A DNA stretch of 64,000 nt. Source: Podarcis liolepis (Eukaryota). Below are positions 12,949 through 26,284 of the stretch, piece after piece (the stretch's first letter is position 1; each line of letters starts with the position of its first letter). The position numbers and the translations under genes are program-made. The notes beneath the pieces were generated by a model. It saw nothing but the letters and a program-made list of their open reading frames with translations, was not told the DNA's origin and did not search any database. The stretch lies in assembly GCA_965112155.1 (NCBI GenBank), contig OZ218098.1. One strand, given 5' to 3'.

Positions 12949-13021
12949 GTTCCTGCATTGCAGGGGGTGAACTAGATGACCCTTGGGATCCCTTCTAACT
13001 CTACAGCGCTTTGATTCTGTG
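12949..13021 (+). mobile_element. CR1 extreme 3' tail (a second one near 16184-16235)
   Basis: cctgcattgcagggggtgaactagatgacccttgggatcccttctaactct...gattctgtg, typical CR1 terminus. Confidence 0.65.
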
Positions 13022-13616
13022 TACGAAAGCGTGCAAAATTGTATTGAGAATATGCATTCACAATTGAATATCTCCTCTTTTTAAATGTCCAGTGATACAA
13101 GACAATCTTGCAGAGGCTAAAAAGGGTTTTTTCCTCCTCATACAGCGCCTATAAAACAATTTTTATTGCAAAGCAATTTCTTTTACTATGCAGTTATAAA
13201 CACAGCTGCATACAGACTCCATACATGACGAACAGAATGAGAGTGCAGCCATATTTCTGAAAGAGTGCAAGGAGAAAGAGTTGTGCAGTCAGAATGCTTT
13301 AACGGCCTCTGTATTGGGGGGAAAGTGACTTTTTGTCCTTTGCAATATTTTCCTTTATCTCTGTGAGTTTACAAAGGAGATGCATTCAATTGTGAATGCA
13401 TAGAAATCTTTCTAAATTCTGAGCTGTTAAGAAAATGTACTGTGGATGCCTCCTTGATTTTATTGTGTTTCTTTATTGCAACATTTTTATCTTTCTTTTT
13501 GTATAAGAATCAGGCTTGAGAAGTCAGCGATGCAAACCAAGCTAATGCAATAACCTTGAAATGAGAAATATGCAGGAGAAACTTACAATCTTCCTTGTTG
13601 CTATGGTTACTTGCAG

Positions 13617-13744
13617 CAGGTCGCCTAGTGAGAACGGTTCTGTCATCAGCAACGAATCAGGAAAGCCCAAGTCAGGCAGAAGCTCTCCACAGAAAGTAAT
13701 GGCACAGCAGAAAGTGACAAAAGAGGAGGGAAGAAAGAGAAATG
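13617..13744 (+). CDS. KIAA1549L: KIAA1549L exon D: (S)RSPSENGSVISNESGKPKSGRSSPQKVMAQQKVTKEEGRKRN
   Basis: Tandem acceptor ttgCAG|CAG|g, donor ATG|gtgaga; 128 nt, phase 2->1. Confidence 0.92.
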
Positions 13745-14980
13745 GTGAGAAATGTTTCCTGATGAGAGATCTACTGTATAACTGCCATTTCTCCCATGGA
13801 GATATGCTGCCACAGAATATGCAGCATTGCAAGCCACTCTTTTTTTTATGCCCTGCAAATAACAACCCTCCATGCATCTATTCTTCTCTCTAGCTGTGTT
13901 TCCTCTCTTTGTTTATACACATTTCTCTGCTCTATAAAGCTATCCATTCATCACTAAGCTCAATATTTGTTCAGACTCTTGAATCGTTGCAATCATTGGC
14001 TTGTTTTCATAGTACATTAAGAAAATGGGGTACAGTGGTTTGTATTCATGTACCTGGATTTGTATCCATAGCAAATAGCCCTTTTTTGTTTTGTTTTCAG
14101 TGTGGCTTTCAATTCCCCCAGATCTGATAGCATGCCTTAATTAGGCATAGCTGGATGTTAAGGTGTGGTGGTCCATAGTGCTGATGATTCTTTGTTCTTT
14201 AGGCACCCTCCTTTTTCTCTGTCTTTGCTAAGGTCCTAAGCTAAAGAGCACCCCCTAAGAGTCTCATTTTTCACATTGAAGCTGTAGGCTTTGTGATTAA
14301 TAGTGTACCAGCTATAGTTAATGAGAACTGGATATTAATTCCCAGCATTTTGTGATTTATTTTTCGCTTGCTTACTGCTCTTCCTGAGTTTTGAATGTTG
14401 TATACTGTCTTGTAAACTAATGTGTGAAATCAGTCATTTTTAAAAATTTCTTGCTATCTGATTATCAGTGAATGGCTTGATCTTAAAACTTGCAGCTCCA
14501 TCTTAAAAAAATATATGTGGAACGTACTATATTTTGCACTAATGTAGACTTACAAAGCTTGCATTGCAAACAGCATTAAATATGGTTTTAAAGATACTTA
14601 ACTGATTGCAGATGTTTAGGATCAATGTTTGTCCTCCATCTTCAAAGCACTTAATCTGGAAAAGATCCATTGAACTATGTAGTAGTCCCCTGAGTAAACT
14701 GTCCCCTGAGAACACTGTAAAATATGAATCCTGCAGTGGGTATAGATTCCTGCATTTATAGCAATTATGAAATCTTCTGCTTGCAAGACTGATATCAAAA
14801 TCCACATGAATCACAATGGAACTAGCAAATGGTAGCAATTTGAAAGAAAACGGCATGCTGTTTCCCATAGATCCTTCCTGAAAGTATTGAAGAAACACCA
14901 TTTATTGTCCACTTGTCTGTATTAAATATGTTAGTGAGGATGTTATTTTCTGTTTTGTTTCTTTTTTCTGTGACATTTAG

Positions 14981-15004
14981 GTTTTAAATCCTCAAAGAAA
15001 ATTG
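14981..15004 (+). CDS. KIAA1549L: Candidate 24-nt alternative microexon of KIAA1549L (adds GFKSSKKI)
   Basis: About 40-nt AG-free U-rich tract, tttag| acceptor, TTG|gtaaga donor; phase 1->1, no stop. Confidence 0.65.
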
Positions 15005-17186
15005 GTAAGAGATTTTAGTTTCTTAATTAAAACTATACTAATATTTCATTCAATTCATAATTGCTACAATTCTAATGCATCTTTACAATCACTATAATGG
15101 CTACTAAAACCAGTATTTCGCTATAAGGAGTGTGGGTGGATGGGTGGGTGATAAATCCATGTATTTGAACCCTGCTCTGAGAATTTAGCTACAGTGAAAT
15201 ATTTTGCTTGTGGGCAGAAAAGATCATGTAATCGTGGCTTGATTTGCTTGTCTACACAGAAGTCTCTAGAGACTGTGCTCTGTGTTGCACCCAGAGGACT
15301 CTGTGGTGTTTCCTCCCCAAATATTTTTCACCCCTCTCAAAAATGTCTCACTGAGAGGCCTCCCCCCTCCCATTCCCACTAGCCCCCCTGAGCAAGGGAG
15401 AACTCAACGTAACCTCATGTAACTTCACTGGATTCCAGTTTATCAAGGGGTTGCCAGGCTTTGGGGGCCAGTGGTAATTTTGAGAAAGTGCCATGAGCAC
15501 CAGTCACAAAATGGCTGCCGGGAAGGGTCATGGTGGTGTGATACAAAAAAAGCTGCTTTATGTGTGTGGTGTACTGGTTGCCACATCTAAAAGAGCAGGA
15601 AAAGAGACAGGACCACAACTTCAACCCTATCATCAATGGGGAAAGGCAGTTACATCAGCCACCCCTGCACTTGCTCAGAGAGTTCAGTTCTTTCCCCTCT
15701 TCTCTGTTCAGAACTGGGGGGGGGGGGGAGAGAGAGAGAGTGGATGGCCAATCCTGGTATCTAATGAAAGGTGGGCATGTTAGAGGGGAGATTTGATGTA
15801 TGCGACACCGAACCAATGCAGACAAAACTGAGCAGAAAGAGCAAGCAATCACTTGTGCATAATGGATTTTTGAGGGGATATATACTGAGACCTTTAGCAG
15901 GTTCCATAGGAGGTACTGGCAGGCTCACTGGTACCCAGAGCACCACATTAGTAAGCCCTGCTGTGCATGCAGATCAAGCAATCAATATAGAGGCAAGACA
16001 CCTGAATATTGTTTATAAAGTTCTGCATGTTCATATTAATATAGCTGTCAAGGTTGACCTCAGAACCAGAAATTTGTTGCTCCCACAAGTTTCTGGGCCA
16101 AACTCGAAGCCTCTTACAGCCGTTCATGTCCAGGAGGGCCAGCTTATATTTTGAGAATACTAAATATTCAGAACTATTTCTGAAGGGGGTTGGAAGAGAT
16201 GACTTCAGGGTCCATTCCAACTCTTCCATTCAATGAAGGTGCAATTCTGATATTTACCATATAGAACATAGAACTGAAAGCTCCCAGTTCTAGCTTCAGC
16301 AGCTTCTTACCAGTGGATAATTACTCAGTAGGCAGACTGAGCTCATGTTTAGGGCACCAGCAAAGCAGGGGCATGCACACACACACAAAAATTGTTAAAT
16401 AATTATTTGATATTTCAAAATAGTTACCATGCGAAAAATCAGAACTTCCTTACACCCCACAGCACACTCTTCCCCCATTTTTCTGTTCTCTTTTTGTTAC
16501 TTATGTTGAATCACCCCTTCAGCTCTATCAAACTTGGGGCATCTGAGAGTTAAATACACAGTTAAACAACAAATCTAAAACATAGCCCCTCCACAAGGAC
16601 AAAACTTAGGCCATGGTCTACAGCTGGAAACTGTAGCAGAAACATAGTTCCAGCTGACTATACATTAGAAATTCCTGAATATTGCAGAGTCTTTACTTTG
16701 GTCCATTTCTTATAATCAACACTTGTCACTTGGGTATTGAAACAGTTCAACGTGTACTACTGTACTCCTCATATTTTTAGAGCATTCGCTCTTTTATAGA
16801 TTTCACCTATATTAACTAAATTTCCAGGCAGACCTGATAATTTTTACACCTCCCTCCTTTTGTCAGACTCCATTAATGAAATTACTATCCAAGTGGCAAA
16901 ATACTTTGCTTCAGCGTGCATTACGAGGAACCGTTTGATTAAATCTCCCCACCAGCCCTACTAGCGTTCAGCAACCCTTTCTAGGTGACTGTGAATGTGC
17001 TGCAACCCCCCCCCCCAAATATCATTAGCCTTTCACTGTGCTGTCAATTCCTAACAGTCCTCCACTGTTCTGAAAATTGCAACTATACTTGTTTGACTGC
17101 GACTTAGTGGCTGAGCTGTGATGGTAATAAGAAAGAAAGAATTGCATTTGGGCAAGGGGGAACCGCAATCTTTTCAGTGCTTAGGG

Positions 17187-17322
17187 CAGGCATAGGCAAA
17201 CTCGGCCCTCCAGATGTTTTGGGACTACAACTCCCAGCATCCCTAGCTAACAGGACCAATGGTGAGGGATGAGGGGAGTTGTAGTCCCCAAATATCTGGA
17301 GGGTCGAGTTTGCCTATGCTTA
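17187..17322. mobile_element. hAT-type palindromic MITE (136 bp)
   Basis: Perfect 8-bp TSD GCTTAGGG (17179-86 / 17323-30); whole element is a fold-back (gggactacaactccc ... gggagttgtagtccc). Confidence 0.9.
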
Positions 17323-19347
17323 GCTTAGGGCCTCTGAAGGTCTCAATCTAGCTGCCTTCTTACACTAGTGTATGGCCAGGTTCAGACCTCTGTGACACTG
17401 GTGACATATGTACAGGCTTCTTCATTCACTTCAGTGGCAAGAGCGGCTTGTGTGGAGCTTCTGCCATTGAAATTCATTATTCTTGTTCATATTTATGCAC
17501 GAAAGTTCTGAAAGAGCTCTTGCACAGAGGCGTACCTACGGTCCCTTGCACCATTGGCAAGGAGCTGTATCAGTGTCCTGTTCCAACCCCCCCCCCGCCA
17601 CCCCCCCCAATAACTTTACTGCAATAGTCACATTGGAAATTACTACATTTTACATGACCCAAGTACCCGATGCATCTAGAGTGAGGGTGAGGCGAGGAGG
17701 AAGGGCAAAAAATTGCACGCCTTTGTGTCGTGGTGCAAGAAGGATGGGAAGCTTCTCCTGCATCACCGCATTGCCACACACATATGCCATGCACACCAGA
17801 GTCTCCAGTGGTCTACCTTCATGCTGCCTTGCCATTTCTTCTACCACTCGGGTTCCAGCTTTGTCTTAACTTATGACCTTACATACGTAACTGGAGACAG
17901 ATTTCTGGGGTTATTTTTGTCCCCCTGCTTGCGGTTTCACCAGCCCCTAGGTAGGCCTTGCTCCTGCATGACCAAATGATATCATCATGTTTTTGTTCTG
18001 TTCTTGCAGATATAAGGCTGTTTTTGCAAATATAAGGCTGCATACATTTAAATGACATTTGTTTTTCCAAAGAAATCTGAGAACTAGTTTATACTTTTCA
18101 GAGCTACGATTCCCAACACCATTAACAAATTACAATTCCCAGGATTCTTTGGGGGTGTATGGGCTTCAAATGTGTTTTACTTGTATGGCATGTACACAGC
18201 TTTATTAGCAAGCGGCAAGACCCAAGAAGCAAAGTATAAGCTGGAGCACACTTTGGCTATCTTGCTAAGCCTTTAATGTATTTTTTTCAGTTTTTAATGT
18301 ATTTCAGAAAATGCAGGATCTCAAAATCAGAATCTCTTTCTTATTCACTTTGGTTGATACAGACTCAAAGTTAAGATTGGTTCATCAGTTGTCATAGTAA
18401 CAGACCAATTTTAGAATCTGTTCTTCTGGCATTTAGTTAACAGAGGAAAGTGATAACATTTGGTTACTTTTAAAATATAAACTTTAGTGCAGCTCTGCTT
18501 AAAAGAGTCCCTCATTCAGGTGCAGATAAGCACACAAATAGGAAACAGTTGAAATGTACATTCAAGAAACACTTCACTGAAAGGCCAAGGGATGTAGCCA
18601 ATAAAGCTGTTTCATTGGCACAAGGACTTTGGCTTGTGCAACAAGACTTCCTCTTCCCATGCCCCCTCCAGATCTGCTCTAGGTTCCCCCCTCCCCAACC
18701 AACCAGAGAAGATTAGGGAAGGGGAGGGTTAGGAAGTTCCATTCCATAGGCTGAGGTCCTTGGGCTACTGGGCAATTTAGCTGAACACCACCCTAACATT
18801 TTGGGAGAGATGACCTTCTATTCATAGTTAGAATTGTTTGTTAGGATTTTTAATAGAAGATTAATTTAAAATCATTGTCTTTTATCGATCACGTCTTCAC
18901 GGGTCACTGTGTTTTCCCTCTCACTTTCCTGCTAATAAAGACAGAGCAATGTTTGCTACAGCCAAATTCTGAATGTGCCTCTTCATAATATTAAAAATTG
19001 TGTTCCTTTTTGTAGATGTGCTGCAGTAACTTAAGTTTAATCCTGGCCAATGAATATAGAGTTGGCAAAGTTCACATAAGATTCTGGACTTTTTTGCATG
19101 ATGGAGGAATGATGCATCTCCGTCTCTCTCTCTCCCCTCCCCCAACCTTCCACCAGTCAGATGATATGACATGTGAGCTGGGCACTCCATGTTGGTGCCT
19201 GCTCATGTGAAGGTATCATTCATGCAGGTTTTCTCATATACCTTTTGTTTTGAGGAAGAAAATGCTATCAATTAGCAGCAAAGGATTTTATGGTGAAAAG
19301 TACCTGTGGTTTTAATTTGAGTTATGCAGTATCTCGCATTGAGTCAG

Positions 19348-20372
19348 TGGCAGACAATAATTGTGTCTATAGACATTCAAAAAGCTTTCAATAAAGTATG
19401 TCACCAAAGGTTCCTAAGTAAGATTTGTAGTCATGGAATGAGAGAGCAGGTACCCTTATGGATCAGTAACTGGCTAAGAAACAGGAACCAGAGAGTAGGA
19501 AGAAATGGACAGTTCTCTCAATAGAGGGATGTAGAAAATAAGGTCCCCAGAAGATTGGTATTGGTATCTCCAAACTTGATAAATGAGTACTAAAATAATG
19601 AAATCATTGTAAACAAGTGTAAAGTGATGTACATTGGGGCAAAATATCTTAGTTTCCCATATACACTGATGCGTTCTTAGCTGACAGTCACTAACAAGGA
19701 ACAAGACCTTAGGGTTGTAGGGTCGCTCAAACATCGTGACCTGATAAAGACTGTGTGGCAGCTGTGGAAAAGGTGAATTTCATATCCGGGATCATTAGCA
19801 AAGGGACTAAAAATAAAACTGCCAATATCAGAATGCAGATCTATACTACACTTGGAATACTGTGTACAGTTCACATCAAAGGATACTGAAGTGTTGGAAA
19901 CAAAACTGATCAAGGGATGGTCAACTGCCCAGTGCGGAAAGGCTGTGACATTTGGGACTTTTCAATTTAGAGAGAAGGCAAGTTAAGTGAGAATGTGATA
20001 GAAGTGTACAAGACTATGCATGGTGTAGAGAAATGTTTTTATCCATTTATCATGGATACTAGAACTCGGGGTCATCCATTGAAGCTGAATGTTGGGAGTT
20101 TCAGGACAAATAAAAAGAAGCACTTCTTCAAACAAAGCACATAATTAAAATACGGAATTTGCTTCTGCTGGGGAGGCTTAGGTGAGTTCATGGAAGATAA
20201 GGTTAAGTTCTCCCACCACTGTTGGAAGCAGTATCCCTTTATCTATGAGTTGCGGGGAGAGTGCAGCTCAGGCCTTGCTTCCTATAGGCATCTTTTAGGA
20301 CATCCTGTGAGAACAGGGTGCTAGATGAGATGGCCACTGGCCTGACCCACAAGGGCTCTTAATTATCCTTAA
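19348..20372 (+). mobile_element. CR1 LINE fragment (degenerate RT region through 3' UTR, internally deleted)
   Basis: Translates as IDIQKAFNKVCHQRFLSKICSHGMREQVPLWISNWLRNRNQRVGRNGQFSQ, then KCKVMYIG-type motif and CR1-like 3' end; stops and frameshifts. Confidence 0.85.
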
Positions 20373-21814
20373 TGGGCGTGTGTTTGCAAATTCATTTTCC
20401 AGGGGTTTCTTTATCACCTGCTGCATTTACACACATGATAAACAGTGTCACTTGGTCTTGAAACCTGTGCATGTGGTGTCTGAGCTCCCAAGGCTAGCCT
20501 GAGAGCCTTTCTTGCTTAGCTGCCTTCTCCACCAACATGCCTTTGTAACCTTGGTCTCAGATTGTTTGTTCTATCAGTTGTAGGTAGGATGGGGTGGGCT
20601 GCGTGAGACTCTCTGCAATCCTAAGAGGTAGTGCTTTTCTAGAAACATGATTAATCTCAACAGAAAAGTGCCAGTGCAATATGCAGAATATTTCAGTGAA
20701 ATTCTAGTTTCTATAGTAACTAGCCCCTTCTTCCTCTAGTAAATGGTTAGTGTTGCTGTGCTTTGGAAATGAGTAGGAGGATGAAATGAATATAAAAGGA
20801 CACTGTAGAGCTGTGTACAAGCAAAGTAAAATAATAGCTTTAGCTGAAGGCTGTTTCCCTTTCCCCCTTCATTACAATACGCAACATACACAAACAGCTG
20901 TTGCCCTCCCCATAAAGATGAACATGTTTTTTCCATAGGAATAAAATAAAACTCATTAAGGCTCCACAATTTTAAGTGAAGGCCTTTAGAATTAAGTTTG
21001 CCGTAGTCTATTCAAGTACATTTCAAAATTCTGAACATGCTGTACTTTCTGCTGTCAAGATAGTTTTTTGTGAAATTATGGCAAAATGTGGGCAATCCAG
21101 TATTTTGCCCCAGCCCCATAATAGGCTCCATGCACTTGTGAGAGCCTATTGGTGATTTACATGTTGATGATTGTGGAGCTTAATCAGATTCTTCTGAGCA
21201 AACTTTGTGAAGTCACTGTGAAAGAGATAGATAAGACCAAACATAAAACTGCCCACAGTGTTTGCTTACAGTTCATTGCCATCTAAATGACAGCTTAACT
21301 TTGCCAACATTTGTAAACCACATCTTGATTTTATCACTCATGTGTCAGTGAGATGAAACACAAGAATAAAGTCAGATTTGTAATTTAAGTGACATTTACC
21401 GAACAAGTATTCTGTTCCAAGGATGAGAGAAATTCCTTTTCCAGCTTTCTTATACAGTATTATCATAGTTTAAGGCTCAGATTTTCTCACATTTAAATAA
21501 TTAATTTTGGCGTTGTTTTCTTCTTAAGATATGTGTTGAGGCTGTATGTTAAGGCTAGCTTGAAAGTTTGTGCTGAAACATGACACACAACGTTGAAAAA
21601 AAATCAAAAAGCAGGATTCTGACTAAATGAAGGAACTGGGCTTGCTTATTATGTATGTGGTCGATTCAAATCAAGTCTTTAGAGAACAGGATAGAAAACA
21701 CATAAAACACATTATTAGGATGTGTTTACTAATGTCATGGTGATGTCTGGTCATTTTATACCCATAGAAAGTAAGTGTAGCCCAGTCTTGTACATGTTTA
21801 CTGAATTCTCAAGG

Positions 21815-21905
21815 TAGTTGTAGCCCTAACTAGATCTACTCAGAAGTAAATCCCATTGAATTCAGTGGGACCTGATCTCAGGTTAACGGGATTAGGATTG
21901 CAGTT
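21815..21905. repeat. Short ~90-bp palindromic interspersed repeat (relatives near 22308-22401, 23722-23808, 47680-47760)
   Basis: Centre gaagtaaatcccattgaattcagtgggac with self-complementary arms recurring at several sites. Confidence 0.55.
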
Positions 21906-24900
21906 TTAGTTTTTATAGGACTACTGCCTTGACATAGTTATTTTCTTCTTTATCCCTTATCCAATATAATCTGTTCATATGTTGTGATGAATACTTTTTT
22001 GCACTCATGGGAACTGTATCATTCAAGTGAGTGAAATAATGTGTGAATGAATAACAGCATCTGGGATCTCTAGTACTTTTGAGTTTCTGTGGTTGTCAAC
22101 AAATGTATGTTGAAGACTATGGTAGTTACAGCAGTTAAGATTCCATTTACAGGAATGTAGCCCCAAAGTAGCTTTAATGGGTTTAAGAATAGGCCTAGTG
22201 ATAACATCTACAGTCTCTGATAAATGGATTTGGCCAGAGATCACTACGCTGACCTCCAGGTTTAGTAGTCATATGAATTACTACAACTGAAATGGTATAA
22301 GAGTATAAGGCAGCAATCCTGTAGCCATCTCCCTGAGAGTAAGCACTATTGGACTCAATGCAACTTGCTTCTGAGCAGACATATATATAGAATTGTGCTG
22401 TAAAACAAAGTCTGAAAATAATTTAGAAAATGCTATTATGCTGCATGTTTTCATAAAAGAAGATATAACAGATTCAATGCCCTTGAAATTGCATGCCTTT
22501 TTGAAAGGGGACCCCCCAAAAAACACCCACCCAGCAGTTTTCTGTGTTAATTGGCACTTTTCCAGTCAAATGGACTGTATAATTTCTAAACAGAAAATGA
22601 AGCAGAAAGGATTCTATAAATATATTAACATAATTTGGTTGAGTTGTGACCCTTAAATTCTTCCTTGGAGCCTACCCCATGTTATTGTCTTGAGTAAACT
22701 TTCCAGTTGCCAACATCTGTCTTCCACACATGCAAATGCTACCGATACTGCTAATAAGAAATCCAGTGGATTTCTTTTCTTCCATTAGGTTCCATTAACT
22801 TTCTCAGGTAGCTGCCCAAACCTGAATAAAAGGATTTTGCATCACTGTGTCAAAGTTTCTCCAAGAGTGAAGCACCCTAGATCGTGATGGTAGTGATGAA
22901 GATGATAATAATGGTACAATAATATTCATTATTTGTATAGCACCTACACCCAAGTACACTGCTTTCAGATCTTACAGGCTTTCAATCTAAAAAAAACATG
23001 GACAAAGAGAAGGGTGAGTAAAACATAAAAGAATAAGGTGCATCTATTATGTTGTAAGAATAAAGTTTATTTTTTAAAATACAGCTAAAATTGAACTTGA
23101 TAGGTACAAAACATTATCTAAACATTCTGCAATCACAGATGAACTGTGAAAAATTGGGCAAATCAGGGTTTTTGGAATGTCAACATTTGTCAAACTTATC
23201 TTCAATCACATGTGCTCAGTCTCTGTGCAGCATAATGAAGTCAAAGGTTCTCAAGGTGGTAGAATGGATCAGTCAAAATATTAGAATATTGTTTTGAACA
23301 CCTTCCCCATACAGAGAAAAGAAAAAAAGAACAGCTCACTACAAATAGAAAATTGGCAGAATGGATAGAGGGCTTTCTGGAACCTTTTCCTTTTCTTCTC
23401 CAGTTTTTTTTTTGCCGGAGGACTTTTTAATGGATATGTATGTGGATTTAAAAATGGAAACCCCCTCACCCGCCCAATCTAAATTCTACAATCCATTCTA
23501 TTGTGTGAGAACTTTCTTATCTCATGTATTGGCCATGTCTTTATGGTGTGTGCGTGTATGAATGAATGAATGAATGAGAGAGATGGGTATAGAAGGTATT
23601 GTAATTGCTCTGGTGATTGACAAAAATTGGAATTTGATGCAAACATAACCCAGGTTCCCTGACTCTCATAGAAATCTACTGTATAGAAAGACACAAGAGC
23701 CCACTGACTGCAGGCTAACAAAGGCTGAAATCTAAACTCACCTGGGAGTAAACACCATTGATTTCAATAGGAGTTGTTTCCGAGTAGGCATGGTTAAGCT
23801 TGTGCTGTAAGTCAAACGAGTTATGAACCTGAGTTCTTTACACATGTGAGCAGGCTCTGTTTTGTAATTTGGAAGGGAGGATTTGTAGTTGGAGCCAGGA
23901 ATGTAAGAGACAAAGAGAAGCCCTGTATTTGGCGGAATAGATGAGTGTGAGAATTCCCATCTTCTACATTTGAATAACCCACAGACTGGGGGAAATACAA
24001 TTTTCCGTGGAAGCAGGGAATATCTCCATACTACCTGAATTGCATCAAGTATCCCTTCTCTTTTATGCGTTTGTAGCTGCCACTGAAAATCATTCTTCCC
24101 CAGTCTGAGAAAGTCCTCCTCATAATGATATGCTTTTCTGTTTCTTGGACCAAATGCCTCATTATGGTTCTTGTAATGTGTCATTTATTTTATAAATCAT
24201 GCAATTTGTGTATTGTTAAAGAAATAATGTTAAACTGAAGTAAAACAGAGGCTAAGTCTCATATTTCAATGAACAGAAATATCCTCCCTATTGGTAGAAA
24301 GCTATTTGGCAATGCCTACCTGTGCCACTCTTCATCCCAATCTCCTAAATATATTTGTTAGAGAAATGTGCAGTTCTTTTCCAAAAGCTTCTAAGAGACC
24401 TTTTTATGCACAATTTTGCAAACCATAAGGAAATTAATAAGAAGAAGCCTGAGATAACCTTTATACTTCTCAACAATTTAAGTAAGTTCCTGTCACAGCT
24501 GCTATAGACACTTATTTCCTGTGTGTGTACATGAGCTTCAGATCACTCTGAACATATAATGCAGGCATTGTTGGAACAGACCAACTTCATATCTTGATGG
24601 CATAAATTGACTTGCTCTGTAATTCTTACAGTAATTAAAAGAACAATAAATTTTCAGAGCAACTAAATCTTCGGAAATACAGGTTTGAAAATGCCAACCC
24701 GACAGTAATTTATTCTTTGATTATACTGGATACAGCACAAATATCACTCGGTTACATAACAGAATTAATTAAACTAGTTTGATAGGATCTCTACTTTTGG
24801 GTGGGTGGGCATGTAGGGGGAACAAAATACATGGGTGGCTATCTTGTTCCTCCTTCCTCCTCTTCTCTTCTTAGTGTCTGGAACCTGTAGTTTTGACCAG

Positions 24901-25719
24901 CTGTGGTTAGAAGAAAACCACAGTTCCTTGAGATTGTACATATTTGGGATCAGAGGTTTGTTTTAAAGTGAAAGCTTTCTCTCTCTCTGCTCTCACTTGT
25001 GGAGGAGGAGATGAGAGGGAGAGAATGCAAGGAAAGTGGTAGTAGTAGAGGTACTCATTCACCATCATCTTGATACCTGAATCAGGCATAAGACTCATTG
25101 AACCAGGTAGCAGGTACCTGTTAGGATAGCATTCAGATGACCAGTTTATTTTGCATTCATCCTGATTGTGTCCACAAAGTTTGCTGGGAGGTATATGATG
25201 TTGGTTATGATCTGTTTACAGGGAGATAATATGATTTTGCATCAAGCAATTGTTGTTGCACACTTTCCAGTGCATTTACTCATCACTTTCCTAACATCAA
25301 AAAGTCTGTTTTGTTTTGTTTTGAAAAAGAGGGTTTGTTGCACAAGAGCACCAAATTCACTTTAATTGCACCACCTGAAGGCTCGTATGCAATTGAATTT
25401 CACCCACAAAATAATTACTGTTTGTAAATGGCCCACACTGTACACATTGCTATGCCAACTCAGTGTCACAAAATATTGTTTAGCTTTCCATATGCAACAC
25501 CCCCCTTAAATGTTTGGAGTTTAATGCATTTCTTTCATATGATTTACCTGTATGTTCAGCAGCACAGCCTGTTTTAAAATAAACCCTCCTTTATTGAAGT
25601 ATCTGCTTAAATCATAATGCCTTGCATGACAAAACCCCCAAAAGATTCATTGGATTTGAAATCTAATGCCAGTGATTTTAAATATAGGAGGCTCATATAC
25701 AGAAAGTGTTTATTACAAT

Positions 25720-26014
25720 CCGGGGTCCCCAACCTTTTTGGAGCATGGAGGCACATTTCGAAATCCACAAAACCATTGTGGCCCCACCCAAAAACACATA
25801 TTTCACTGACAATAACCAGTGATACCCAGAACCCCCAGGCAAAACATGCACACCTACCCCAAAATAAATAGACAAAAAATTAGACAACCCCCAATGAAAC
25901 AACCATAAAATGCCAAAACTTGTTTTTTTAAAAATGAGAAGGGCTTTGGTGAGTAGCAGGGATATCTGTTTCTGGGGTGTTGTGGTACTCACAGGGACAT
26001 GTTGGGGACCCCAG
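25720..26014. mobile_element. Probable hAT non-autonomous element ending about 90 bp before exon E
   Basis: Inverted ends ccggggtccccaac / gttggggaccccag; attaca present on both flanks (imperfect TSD). Confidence 0.5.
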
Positions 26015-26105
26015 GATTACATGCAATTCATTTTCACTTTCCTCCTCACCAACTCAGAATTGAAATGCCCAAACCATATGCTGACTTAATCCTAATATGT
26101 TTTAG

Positions 26106-26284
26106 TGCCCATAAGTGATGAAGAGGAGGGAGATATGCTCTTTGATAGCATTGCCAAGTCTGCCATTGATCCCTTTGACACATCTTCTGGATCTGTACAG
26201 TTGATTGCCATAAAGCCTGTAGCTTTGCCTCCCGCACACACATCTTCGGATAGGAATCAGGAAACTGCTGTCCTTAACGGAGAG
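26106..26284 (+). CDS. KIAA1549L: KIAA1549L exon E: (V)PISDEEEGDMLFDSIAKSAIDPFDTSSGSVQLIAIKPVALPPAHTSSDRNQETAVLNGE
   Basis: Acceptor tgttttag|, donor GAG|gtaaga; 179 nt, phase 1->0; family motif VQLIAIKP. Confidence 0.93.

Noticed and set aside
19016-19029. Alternative terminal exon (DVLQ*) after tttttgtag
   Set aside because: No clear poly(A) signal nearby and no other support.
22789-22807. 19-nt exon-like segment (tccattag|...ctcag|gtagct)
   Set aside because: Not a multiple of 3 and weak donor; no support beyond a pyrimidine tract.
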